Shown piece after piece: positions 51,101 through 63,845 of a DNA stretch of 64,000 nucleotides. The stretch lies in NCBI GenBank assembly GCA_964187785.1, contig OZ076409.1, positions 80,106,001-80,170,000 on the forward strand, in the 5' to 3' direction. The stretch is from Amphiscolops sp. MND2022. Lineage: Eukaryota. The notes under the pieces were generated by a model, which worked only from the letters and a program-made list of their open reading frames with translations, was not told where the DNA came from and made no database searches. Position 1 is the first letter of the stretch, and each line of letters begins with the position of its first letter. The position numbers and the translations under genes are program-made.

Positions 51101-53394
51101 TGTTTAACTTCAGCGACATTCAACTAGTAAAACTGAGAATAGTTTTAATGCAAAGTTTCAATGGCTCTTTTTTCTTTTTGCCAGCAGGCAGGCACCAAGC
51201 TGGGACCTACATACCAGGTAGTTGTACTAATTTTAGTGGTAATTCTTCGATTAAACAAATATTGCACAAAGTACTTCAACTATTGCACTTAGGTGAGAAT
51301 GTTTTCAACCACCGTTTTCTTGGTAAGTTTAGTTTGATTACTAGAGTTCAATTCCAGTCTTCTTCGCCACTCATTATTGTCCGTATTGTCAGCAACTGTA
51401 GTGTGGCTTTGCAAGGTTTCGCTCAATGTCTCCATCAGCACGTCTGTCAGTTGCCATTCTTGCTGATGAGGACTGGGAAGTTCTTTCAGCGCCAATCCCA
51501 TGTCAGCAGCTTCTGTCTGTGATATGGACATATTATTTGAATCTTTTTGTGGCGTTGCCATATCGTCAGAGGAACAATAGGAGTGGTCGCTTGTATCGGT
51601 TGATTTGGTTCGTGTTGCTGGCCGATCCTTCTGTTCCTGCAGCTGCTAGGGTCTGTGAGGAACTGGCTTGGCTAAGATTTGAAACGCTGGAAGTCAAACT
51701 GCCACTGGCAGAAACCTCCATATGACCTGCTGCCTGTCTTTCCGTGATAGAGCACACCGGGCGTAGATCTGGCAGCTGGTCAGCAAGCTGTTGGTGTCCA
51801 TATTTCTCAAATAGTTCTTTGTACGCCTTGACGACAGCAGATAGCTTTCGTAGACAGAGTTTCCTTCTTGTTTTTGTTTGGCTATCAACTTCAAAAATAT
51901 CCCAATTGCCATCTTTTGATTATTTGGCATTTCGTCACTGCTGGGCAGTATCCTTCGGTTTCATTCCTTGGCAACCTTCGGTACAACGGCTTTCAAGATT
52001 TGGTATCGTTGGTAGATTGCCGAAGCCACCATTGGAGGTTCTGTCCAACAAGTGGTATTGGCTTGGACCATCGCGGTGTTGGCTCGTGGTTTATACCTTC
52101 TCGATGTGTCTGTGATAATTTGGTACTGCAGCCTTTCTAGCATGGAGCCTTTCCTCCATCCTCCCAAGCGCTGTGTAGCATTGGTCAGCGTCACCAAAAT
52201 TGCCTCTTTGCCCCAACCGGAGAAATCCTGTACAGCACCAGTGCTCGGATTAATTGGCACATGCAGCCACTGGGTAGAATTCCGAAGACATTGGCAGGGC
52301 GCACCGCGCTCTGGCTCGGACTAACATAATTAAGTTGTGTTCGGCCTGTTTTTTGTCCTTGATAAGGGTTTACGCCATCGATGGCCTAAAATTCGCAAAG
52401 TCAGGTACTAATATATGAAAATTAGGTGGTCGGGCGTCATCTTCTGGGTCAACAAAGTGTAGGATCGACAACGCGGGGGTGCTGACAGCAAATCAAAGAG
52501 GTTGCGTAGGATATCGTAGTGCCACCACGGAACCGAATATGGGCCATACGATAGGAGCAATCACCGGGGTTAGGTCTTCTGATTCTACAAGCACCAAGCT
52601 GGCCACTTGAGACGGGAAAAGAAAACCTGGCAGGTTATTGTTATTGCGTTGCTGAGTCGATGAGTCATCAAGGGCGCACATTACTCCTGATACATTCACC
52701 CATGCGGAATAAACCCAGGCTAGAACTGTCTCGACATTTTCGGCCAGCTGGGCACGCAGTCTTAATGCTCCTGCAGGGTCTAATGTATTCAGGATTGCGT
52801 GGATCCGACCTCTTTGGTTTCTTGCGTATATCAGGAAACCCAATAAACTTGATTTGACCTTGTTCAAGAGTTTCTTTACCAAATGCACAGGACCTTTGTA
52901 AAAAAAGCCCAAGCCGACTGCCATCAAGTATGCTAAGATTTCCTTGATTTGCATTGCTTTTATATATAACTTCATTTGTCGCTGGTCTAGGCCACTTTCA
53001 CAATGAACCGTCGTTGACACCCAGAACGGAGAAATGTTATACAAGAAATTAGAAATTGGTATTTGGTGTCGCTCTGCTACCTGTGCCAGAGTTTCTTGCA
53101 ATACTTCGTGCCAAGACAGGTACTAGTGATCCGGATTAGTTCGATTTTCTCGTGCTACCTTCCGGGCAAGTACTGCTAGTAGCACCAGAGTGGGGGAGAC
53201 TATGTTGGGTTAAGAGTCCACGGCTAGTGTGGCCACAGGAAAGACGGTGGTGTAAGTGCGACTTTGCTTCATCGCTTCAGTCTTCTTGAAGAGAGCTAGC
53301 AGCTCTTTGTGGAACTTCACATTATGCGATTTCTCGTTCTGGGTTGACTCGTCTGTCGTCTCAAACAACAGGTTGTCTATTATCTTTGCTTTCT
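47980..53394. repeat. Tandem duplication of ~2705 bp (47980-50684 and 50685-53387)
   Basis: Paired ORFs are offset by 2703-2705 bp, with about 15 differences by eye. Microhomology GCTTTCT at 47980, 50685 and 53388. Confidence 0.95.
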
Positions 53395-55345
53395 CCTTCT
53401 CGTTTGGCTCTTTAACCTGACACACTCCAATCTCGTCGAACGTACGATGTGCTACTGGCATCCAAAACAGACGGCGATTGCTTCATCAACTAACAGCTGT
53501 GAGTTGCCCTCATATCCGGTGTAAGCCTGCGGGGCTTTCGAGAATTCCGCCAAGATTGCGGGATATGAGTTTTCTCAAGGGCGCCAAGTCATGGCACTGA
53601 TCCTCAAATTTGTAGCCACAATATAGAAGTACAAATACTGGGCAGAAGCAGCTTCCGATAGCAATTACAGAAACTGTTGCAGTGGCTTCGGAAGGTATAC
53701 GTGCCATGGGGGTGATACAAAGATTATGCTTGCTGTGGGCTTCTTCTTGGTACTCGGCGGATCACGCTTCTCTTGCTTCGATGTACGATACGACTTCACT
53801 GGTCATCACTTCCCCTGTCAATCGTCTATTTCATCCTTCGAGATATTTTAAGGTATATCAGCAACTGTGGAAATGGAATCGTCTCGGTAGGATTAGCATC
53901 AGGGCCAAAGACCTTTCAGGTCACCTCGGCCATATCCTCCAGTGAAGATCAATGCAAGTTCATTACTCGAACGTCCATCAGTGTATTGTTCATATTTGAC
54001 GTCGCCTTCACTGTTGAGTCTATGAACAAGGCGATCCTTGTTTTCTGAAGCATGGGAAGCAGCGTAATCAGATCTCTCCTAAAGTCTCGGTTTCGCAGCA
54101 GTTGCTCGTTATACCTGGCTGGTCGTTGCGTTTCTAACTCTACTTTCGACGGTAGTGGTTTCGCAAATGGAGATTTATTTCGGTGGGGCTCTTCTTACAC
54201 CCTTCCGAACCATGGGGGAATGCGATCCAATAACAATGTCGGCTTTTTCACAGGCCTGAAGTAATGCATTCCAACTGAGGCCTTTTCTAATGTTCTTACG
54301 TTCTCCGGTTATTCCTTGCTTGTAGCAGTCTCAATTTTTTGAACATCCAAGCCTGAGTCTGGATTTCCCGATTGGATTTCCGCTGCAGACGCACCACGTC
54401 TCTAGCAATAATGTCATACTGTCGCGACTCAGCCTGCGACAGGAGCTCTTCAGAAAATCTTACTCCTCTAGCCTCCGGCTGTTGCACAGGGGAAAGTTTG
54501 GGCTTGAGCTAGCAGCATCTGAATATGCAAGTTCTCTGGCTCTCTGGTATGAATCTAGGACCCCAGTCAAGCTCTTCATTATTGGTACGCCGTAGGTATT
54601 TCGCATTAATACGGTCCTGGTCTCTCGTTCGTCATCATATTTTCTGCAGTTGAATTGTTGGTGTTTTGCTCACTCGTGCGCACTTCCTCCACCTCTTTCC
54701 CCCTGAAAAAAGAAGGGAGCATGAGTTCGGTTCCAAGTGTCTAACGCTGATGGAGACAGTCGTGGCGGCGGTGTCAGCCCAGGCGGGGGCACAACGGGCA
54801 GCGTACATGTGAATTGATGTACCAGCGGATTTATGGTTGGCAAGATGTCTCGGCTGATTTCTTGTGTCATTACAGCAGTCACCAGTCACCGATTGCATCT
54901 GCGTCGGTGAGAGCTCTAGGGGTTGTTGCTGTTCCATAGGAGGCCTATCAGGCTCACCAGACGTCAAGTGCGATCGGTGATTGTCAAAATGGTGATGGAG
55001 GACATGTCCATGCCATGCTTCATCGCGAAGATCTGCTGTTTGGCGGAAGGATCCGCTCCCGACGGAAAAAGATAGGACGAAGTCTGGGTGCGCTTCCGAT
55101 GATTGCATCTGGGCAATAAGCACTGCTATTTCGGTGACTAGGGTCGGGGAAGCGACGAATTGGAGTTGGGTCTGGACAAGACCAAGCTGGTCTACTGTAC
55201 CGTGAGGATCCTCGACGGGCAGCGAGGACACTGGAGGCTCTGGCGCAGCCATTGCTAGAGCTCTAGTCTGGGCGTCCTGGCTGGTGTTGGAGGGTGAATT
55301 CGAGTTGGATGGTGGTGGCATCCTAACGCGGGAAGATTGGTCCAT
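51200..55345 (-). pseudogene. Extra downstream ORF of the large retroelement (disrupted), including an SGNH-like domain; 3' part duplicated
   Basis: ATG at 55345 (MDQSSRVRMPPP...) begins a chain of minus-strand ORF fragments running to about 51200. SGNH-like blocks lie at 53520-54050. Confidence 0.55.
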
Positions 55346-55689
55346 ATGTAACAATGGTAGCACCTTCAAATTGCAACTGTTATTTAATGACAGCAAAGTT
55401 GATATGTGACTGGGAGTGTTGGGTGGTTGCAAGAGGACAGGACAGAACTGAAAATAAACAAGCATCAATTTTGGGCTAAAACAATCTATAAGTGAATTCA
55501 AGTTAGGTACAGTCCATTTTCTTTTTTTTAAAAAAAAGAATCAAGTAAAACAAACGCAACAATCCGCTTTCAGAACCAGTCCAACTATTAGTTGAAACGA
55601 CACACGCTTCCAGAAGGGCTGTTTATGGGGGCTACTGGTATTCAACCCAATTTGTGCTCCGGGTCGCTGCCAAATGTGTTTACTGATGC

Positions 55690-56140
55690 GATTGACACAT
55701 AGACTCTATCGTGGAGAACTATGTCAATGTTTGATTCGATGAAGTGATCTCTCAACATCGAATACCAATCTGGTAGTATGCTGACTGACCTTTCAAGATC
55801 GTAGATAGGAAAGCGAACTTATGGTATGAGCTTGCGTGAGCTTCTGTACTAGATAAATCAGACACAAATAAAATATGTCATGTAGCATGGGATGCTTGCT
55901 GGAGGTTCTGGTGAATAACAAAAAAACGTCATTGTTCCATGGGAACTTGGTGATTTGACTAGGTGCATCGCTTTTCCAACGACTGGTCGTTTTCTAAAAA
56001 ATTCCTCTAGTCCTAATTCGCTAACGACGGAACAAACGCCATCGCTTAGTATGAAAGAAGGATCGCTGGACAGCATACTACCACGGTACCAAGCACTTGC
56101 AAAATATCGGTTTCATCACAGGACATCCATGTGGATAACA
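55690..56140 (-). pseudogene. TARG1/Poa1p-like macrodomain remnant at the C-terminus of the extended pol
   Basis: The frameshift-corrected translation aligns by eye along the whole TARG1-type macro fold (see findings). Confidence 0.6.
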
Positions 56141-59100
56141 GTTCTGCGTAATGGTGTATTTCCCTTGTTCGTGTAGGACCAATCGTGGACCACGGGAGAG
56201 TGTTGCAAGCACTGTCACGGTGTTCTCAAACGTATAAGTGTGTTTGGGCAACAAGCGTATTCTGGTTTGACGACAGAAAATGATAGCTAGTAGCTGTAAC
56301 CAATGTTGACTAAGAATTTTTCCGCGGTATATGTCTGCTAAGTGGAAGCAAAGTGTGTCATCGACCTCTACGAGTGTGCGTAAATTCTCCGAACAGATCC
56401 ATAGAATTCCGGGATTCAATGGTATTGTTTCATCTAGGGAGGTGATTAGTTCCCACTACCCAGCGGTTGGGTGATATGCATCTCCAGAAGGGGAAGTCAC
56501 ACCGTATTGTTGCCATCGCTGGTGCGCGGTAATACAGCGTACCGTAGCTACTTTCGTGTTTCTGGCTCGTCATTTCCAAACACCATCGATGGTGGAAGTG
56601 GGGGAATGGTGGCGGCTAACGTAAATTCTGAGCCGCTCTTCTCATGCCACGTCCACTCTTTGGAACTGTAGGTAGGACAGCTTGCGGTTGATGTTTCATG
56701 CATTGCCTTTATTGTGGTTTCCAATGGTTGGACCACGCCTGGTCCAATGCTAGAGTAAGTCTTCTCTTCCGCTATCAATGTATGATACACCGATGGGATC
56801 TCCTGGTGTTTGGCTTGAATAGCAGGAACTTTATGTTGTGGATAGTCGTCTGATGTTCCTGTGTCAACTAAATCCGGGCATGAGCAATCGCACCCCGGAC
56901 CAATCGCTTGCCCGGTGCTCTCACTTCAACTAGGTTGACGCAACTACAGTCGAGGGAACTGCAGGTTCGACACCTATATCGTGGTGCTCTATTACATCGT
57001 AGCTGATAAGGCGGAGCTTGTGAAGATGTTTGCCCTGCACACTGCTGATCTGGTGACATACTATCTGGTATATTCGGTGATGTCATTGCACGCTCTAGAG
57101 TTCTAGACCGAACTCTGGTTCTCATTCTACCTCTTGATAGAGTGGTTGGTCTGTTCGCTCTTGTAAGTGATCTGCTTGATGTTGTGCTTCCTCTTCTACA
57201 TCCTGGAGGTCTGCCTCTTCCACTTGCAGTTCTCCCTGGTGTAGGCAATGTCTCCAAGTTTTGACTTGATGCTTGATCTTCCCTGTCAGTTCCTCTCTGG
57301 GGTTCATCTTCCTCAATAGGTTCTGCTCCGTTTGAGCTACCAGCTGGGGAACTAAATAATGGGAAGTTGCGCAGTGTGTCAGTCAAGGCTGGGTTCGACA
57401 GCAACGGTGCTGAGGTACCTGTTGGAGAGAATATAAGACTGCGCGCTGGTTCTGGCAAAACTTCGTCTTGATCTGAAAACAATGGTTCCAAATCATCCAG
57501 TTCAGGAAACACTACTGGTTGCTGTGCTTCTTCTACAGGTTGTTCAATGGTTCGTTGTCAGATTCAGATTCAGACGGGTGTCCAAAGTGGTTGAACCGCC
57601 TACGTTGACTCCTTGTTCCAAAGCAGTCTGGGTATTTGAATTGTAGGTATAGCAGTCGTGTTTGAATTGTGCGGGTAGGGAATCATGTGACAGAAAACTC
57701 ACACGGCGTCGCCTACGGCGTGAGCCTTTGCTTTCAAGTAGCTGTCAAACTACTGTTTTTGTCGTACCTGCGCCTGATGTGTGTTTCTGCGAACAAGGTC
57801 ATGTATTTTCTGTTGTGTAGCAAGTAGGTGCTCTACAAATTAATTCTCCTTTAGCCTCGAACTCTCGTGCTGTGAATTCTCGGTATCACATCTGAACGAG
57901 AGCGGAATGGAACTTTCTGCGCCATGTTGGAGCATGTACGGAGAGAACCTGGTTGTTGCATATCTGGTTGAATTCTAGGCACCCAAGACTCTGTCTATGT
58001 GCTCATCCCAATCCAACATCCTGCGAGTTGTGTAAACTCGGAGCAAGGTAAGCAATGTTCGATTCTGGCGTTCTACCAAACCTTTGCCTCTCGGGTGACA
58101 TGGAGTAGACGTTACCTTGGTTACTTGCTAGGCTTTCGTCAGTTCTTGTGCACTTCCAGCGGTGAAATTAGTAGCATTATCAGACTGCATCCTGCCATGT
58201 CTCGCAAACCACTTGTTCAAGATAATCTTTGCAGTTGTCTTGGCATCGTACTCATCATGTGCACATGGGATCGCCTCTGCAAACTCGGTGAAACGGTCAA
58301 TGATGACTAACAGTTTATTGTTTCCTGACGTGGTCTTGCAAAGTTTCATGTGGTCGAATTGCACTAGGTCATTGAAAATGCTACTGTTGATACTTTGTAG
58401 AGGGTAGCAGGTATTCCCAGCGGGTTTTTTCGTCTGTTGACACGTTAAGTAGTGCTTAACTTGGTTGACTACTTCACGCTTGATGCCTGGCTAGGTGTGG
58501 CGCTCTTGTATTCTTGCAAACACTTTGCCAACGCCTTGGTGTCTTGACTCATCATGCGCTCTGTACAAAGTTTCGTGTTGGTACAGCTGGCGCATGACGA
58601 TCATACACGGTCGTACGTGCGTTGCGCATTGCTGCGGGATGTGATCGACACATAAAATATTATTCTGGTTCAGGAACAATAAGTCCATCTTTTAATGATA
58701 ATGTCGTTTGGCAATGTCCTACATGTCTTCGGGGAACAAGATGTCGTCATCCAATGGCTCGTTTTTCATGAGCTTCTTCAACGCGATGTACATCTCAGTT
58801 TTGGACAAAATGTAGATCCTTCAGGCCACGCATTGTCGATTGATGCTCGTGCAGCTACGTTCCAATTTGCCTAAGTACGTCAGCTTGCTCTTGACACTGC
58901 GTAGGCAATTTACGCAACGCTGGGTCGCGTTCAGTGGTGTCGAGACGTGCCGGCGGCACTTTGGTTGTTACACTAAGGATACAATTTGGTCTATGGTTTT
59001 CGGTTCATGTTGGAGTTGTTTCCCATTGTAGCTGTCGGTACTAAGGTATGGAATTCAAAGACTGATCTGAGGTCGATTCTTCCTTTGGTCGCTTCTTTAA

Positions 59101-62100
59101 GATATCGAGCACAGGGAGTTGTGCTCGAGCTTCCGCTGGAAGCTCAGGGTGATTGGGAATGATGTTTGTCTATGTATGGCACGAAAGAGAGGATTTCATA
59201 GTCATCCTGGGACATGAAACTGAATCCCTTGCTCACTTCTGGGAAATTGTTTCCACAATTTTCTCCCTGTGTACAATTTTCTCCCTGTGTACGTAATCCT
59301 CGGTTCTCTTGCTGAGACCGTCTGCAATTTTGTGTTGCGTGCGTGGTCGATGGACCGTCTTGAAGTGATATTGATCGAGGCGCGCAATCCATGGCCTGAT
59401 CCGTTTAGTACGTCTTCAGCCACGAGAAAGTCTAGTTATCCACGCGGAGCGTGAATTCTCGACCTGCAAGGTACGAATGAACTTTTTCAATGAAATAGAA
59501 CGCTGCACACATCTCCGATTTCGGGGCGCCATAAGTCACTTCTGTTCAAGTCAGTGACCTGCTACCATAAACGATGGGACGAAGAACGGTCTTTCCATTA
59601 TATTATTGCTCTTGGTGTAGGATTCCGGCTATAGCAATTGCACTGGTATCTTTATCCAAAACAAAACGTCCTTCTGCATTTGGCGCTGCCAGAACTGTGG
59701 CGTCATTTGATGCCTGTTTCACTGAATCAAGTGCTTCCTGATGTTTCTCCTTCCAGTAGAAGAGTTGGTTCTTTCTCAACAGTTCCTGCATAGGTTGAAA
59801 TTTAGCAGCGTGAAAAAGAAAGAAGTCTCTGTAGTAGTTAGCAAATACGAGGAATCTCTGCATCTCCTCTTTCTTCCTTGGGGGCATCCAGTCTTGGATT
59901 TTGCTAAAAGCTGCCGGGTCGGGCTTTATGCCTTCTTTTGAAACTTCTCGTCCGAGGTACTCGGTTTCAGTGCGCATCTTGAAGGCTGCCTCCCTGAGAC
60001 ACTCAAACACTTCCCTAATTCTCACCAAAAAGGTCTTCAATGGTTTCTGTTGCAATTGCTATGTCGTCAGTGTACGCCAAGACGACACTTCCATGTCGTT
60101 GTTGAAGGTTCTGAAGAGCTCTTGTGATTGATCGCTGAAACGTGGCCGATGCATTGCATAGCTCAAGGGCATGCACCACCATTTGAACAGGCTCTCATTT
60201 ATTCAGGGTCGAGGAAGTGCGTCCTTCACTGTGCGTCCTTCACATCATTCAGCGGCCGGAAGTCACAGCAAAAGTGAAGCTCGCCTGATTTCCTTTTTAC
60301 CAAGACTATCCCACTAGCCCACGGCGAGTAGGGGGGGTTGTATCAGACCGAGGGCAAGAAAGTTTTGTACTTCCTGATTGGCTTTGGCCGCTTTGTCAGG
60401 GGACATTCGTCTAGCTCCTTCGCGGTGTGGTACAGCATCCGGCTCTAGCTCCATTCTATGTTTTGCAATCTTACACCTGCCTATTTCAGACTTTTTTTTC
60501 ATGAATAAATCTTCGTACTCACCTAAAATAGTCTCTAGCTTGTTTTCCGCTCTTCCCCCAAGAAGAAAGAACGGAAGAGATGTCGAGGCCATGCATTGCT
60601 TTCAGCAATTGAGGATCTTTCCTTTTGCGTTTCTCATTTTCCAATAGACGTTTCTCTGACGGCTCAGTTGAAGACAAAAAATTCTGTGCAACGAACTAAA
60701 TTCTGAATAAGTGTCAAAATCAATGTCTCTTTGCAATCGATTTACAAATTCAGGTAAATGTTTCGAAGCTTCACATTTGTTTTGCATTGAAACAGAGTGA
60801 GCGCCGCTTTTCCAATTTTATTTTGTTCCCTAATTCTTACCCGTTCTTTATCAGTTTGATTTCGCAGGGCTAAGAAAAGTAGACCCACTTCTCCCGCGGA
60901 AGTTAGTGTATCTTCTGAAACAAATACTGAATTGAACTTCATGCTCGATGAGTGAACCATTACAATGCGAAAATGAATCTCGTTGAGCTGTTGCGTTATG
61001 ATTTTTGCGCGCACAATTCTTCTTGCGAAAGGTCCTAAGACAACTTCTTCGGCAGAAACTACAAATGATGGTTTTTGTCACTCACCTCATGGACGGCTTT
61101 AAAGATCCTGGGCACTTTGGGGTCTCGAATGGTTACTTTCATGGCCGTTAGGTCAACCAACACGTTGAATGTGCGCAGGAAATTTCTACCCAAAAGAAAA
61201 TCCTACGAACCAATGTGGTCGCCTATGACTACAAAGTTGGTCTTCAGAGTGTGTCCGCCAAGCTGAAAACTTACGTCTTCGGCTATACCAACGGTAGTGA
61301 TGCTTGTGCCATTTGAAGCGTGGAGCTCAATGTCATATGGTGACAAACTCAGCTCAGGCGGAGATGCGATTTCCTTATACGCGCTCAGTGAAAGATTAAA
61401 GACTCCCGAACCAGTGTCTTACATGCCGAAAAAAGGTATCGTCTTTTGCAAAGGAGTTCCGAATGCAACGACTAGCCAGGCTCTCTCATCAATTTGGGCC
61501 TCTCCTTGTACATCCTGCACTCCGATGTTGTAGCAGCGCAGTTGTTGCTTGCCTAAATACAATCCTTGCGGGAAGTGTCCTTCCACGACAACAATCGCGT
61601 CGAACCTCATGTCAACACCGTCAACCGTGATTGCAAAGGAGAGTCGCGCAATTGTTTTGACATTCTGTATTTGGGCTAGCTTGGTTTCACCTTTTCTAGT
61701 GAAAAGTGGTAGTGGTCTCGAGGCTATCGTGAGATTGGTGTTACGACAAAGTTCTTCTTTCAGTTGTGCGATTGTGAGGTTTGGGCGTGCTTTTTGTTCT
61801 GCCGCTAAGAGTAATAAACAGAATTTAAAGTTTCAGTACAGTCAGGTGCTGGGGCTTCAAGCGTTGTTAGGACTTGTTTTTCGCCACAAGTCACGACCAC
61901 ATGGCGTGAGGGGCCTCCGTACTTCCGTCCTCTGACGTTGAGATTACCAATATCTGGTAATCAGCATCATCAAAGCCCGCGGATTTCGTGACAGGGGCGT
62001 ACCACGCCGTTGCTGCATTCTTCTGTTGCTGCATTCTCAGGCACCATGCATTCAGATGCCATGTGGCCCGTGCGACCAAAATTGATGCAGAATGCCGTTA

Positions 62101-63845
62101 TTGCTTCCTCTGGTAGTGCCACAGGCACAATGTCATTGTTCATGCCACGAGGGTTTGATGGACAAGTCCATTCACCGGCTACACTCGTACGACACGAGTT
62201 AACTGCTTGTTGTACCGTTTTCCGTGCTCGGTCTTTCGAAGGGCAATCTATCACAAAGTTTGTTGGGTCATCACAATTGAAACATGACCGCTGAGGTTGC
62301 TGTCTGTAAGCCGCAGGCTGCTGTGGAGGTTGCTCAACGTTAGGCGTTTGGGGTGCCGCTGCCAGTATCGGGTTTTGTTGACCTGCAAGTACAGGTTGTT
62401 GCTGCTGCTGGTGTGCTGGACAACTGTCGGGGCGGGGAGGGCCACGCATACGCTAGTATGTTTGTACCGTGAATGCTAGTACTTCCATTGTTGGTGGTGT
62501 ATCCACGTATTGCTCTTGTGCGTACTTGACTGCGAGATTTTGCTTCAATTCAAAGCTGCGTACCCTTTCGATGAATCTCTGCATGATTTCGTGGCGCCTC
62601 ATTGTAATGTTCCCGTTAGGAAAACCTTGGCTGCGCAAACCCTCAAGTGAGTCAAGGTATTGCATAAAATCTTAATCGTTGGACTTATTGCGTGCACGGA
62701 ACTGCTGTTGTATTTGGATCTTGGTAGATCCCGTGCCAAATCGCCGCGCTAGTATCGCGAAGACTTTCTCGTCCGTGTCGCGCTCATCCTCGGATTTGTT
62801 CGTAATATAGTCTCGTGCCTCGTTCTCTAGGAAATAAACGATAGTCCATGCTCTGTAAAATGGAATATCTTTTGCGTGTGCTTTCTCCAGATAGCGTTTC
62901 AAGAGCATTAGCCAACTAACTACTTTCCCATCGCGCGTACCGCGGTCTTTGGTTGGTTTATTTTTGGTTTTTTTTTGCCGCTAACAGCGGTTCCAAACCT
63001 TTGGACATCGCGGTGGATAATGCTTCAGCTAATGCTTGACTGTGTATCGCGTTCGCAACGTTGTCTTTTGCACTTCCGTCTACTGTCTCTAGATTTAGGT
63101 TCCTTTTCGAGATGGTTTTTCTTTGCGTACTGGGGGCCAACGGTCTCAATTGATCGTTGCTGGAGGAAAGCGCTCGGTGTTTGGTCCCGAGGTTTAACGA
63201 GACCGCATTTTGATACTCAGCGTCGCCCTTTGATGTCCTCGTGTCCCTGGTCATAAAGCCACTGGCCGCCGAGTAGTGTTCTCCAGTCGTCGAGGCACCT
63301 CAAGCATAGGGATCGAATGAAGGAGGGTCGGATATTTCACAGCTTGGCAACGCGATGTGATTAGCTGTCGTGTCTTGAGCTTTCACAGGCATCTTCTTGT
63401 ACGTTGCTAGTGGTTGCACCTTTGGCTGTTTCTTTTGGTCAGGTTTTGTCCCTCTCTGGTGTTGCTTTATTTCTTTATTTGTGGGTTGCTGAGGTGGAGA
63501 TGCGCTTGTTAATGATACCTTCGCAGGGTTTAGTGTCACCGGCACAGGTGAAGGACAACTTAGTGCCGTCGCCACTATAGATTTTATCCCTAGGGTTAAG
63601 TCTTGAACTGTAGTAATGAGGTCCACCATGCAATTGTCGACATCTCTGTCTCTGCGATGCATCGTTTCTGGTATGAAATTCACACGGTCGTCAGCTTGTC
63701 GATCCCTCTGCGCCATTAACGCTGTCATTTTCGACGTGCTCTCTTCAGTTGGACCCTTGATTGATGCCATTGACGTTTCTAGCTTGCCCTGAGTGATGCG
63801 CCCTTCCATTTCTATCTCACTCAATTCTCTTTTCAGCTCTTCCAC
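56140..63845 (-). pseudogene. Disrupted gag-pol of the large element
   Basis: Gag, PR, RT (partly deleted near 60220), RH and IN motifs in Gypsy order, followed by a Pro/Arg/Ser-rich extension with CRTC...CSC. Confidence 0.88.

Noticed and set aside
48395..55501. env gene in the large LTR element
   Set aside because: No signal peptide, furin-site/fusion-peptide arrangement or C-terminal transmembrane anchor was recognisable.
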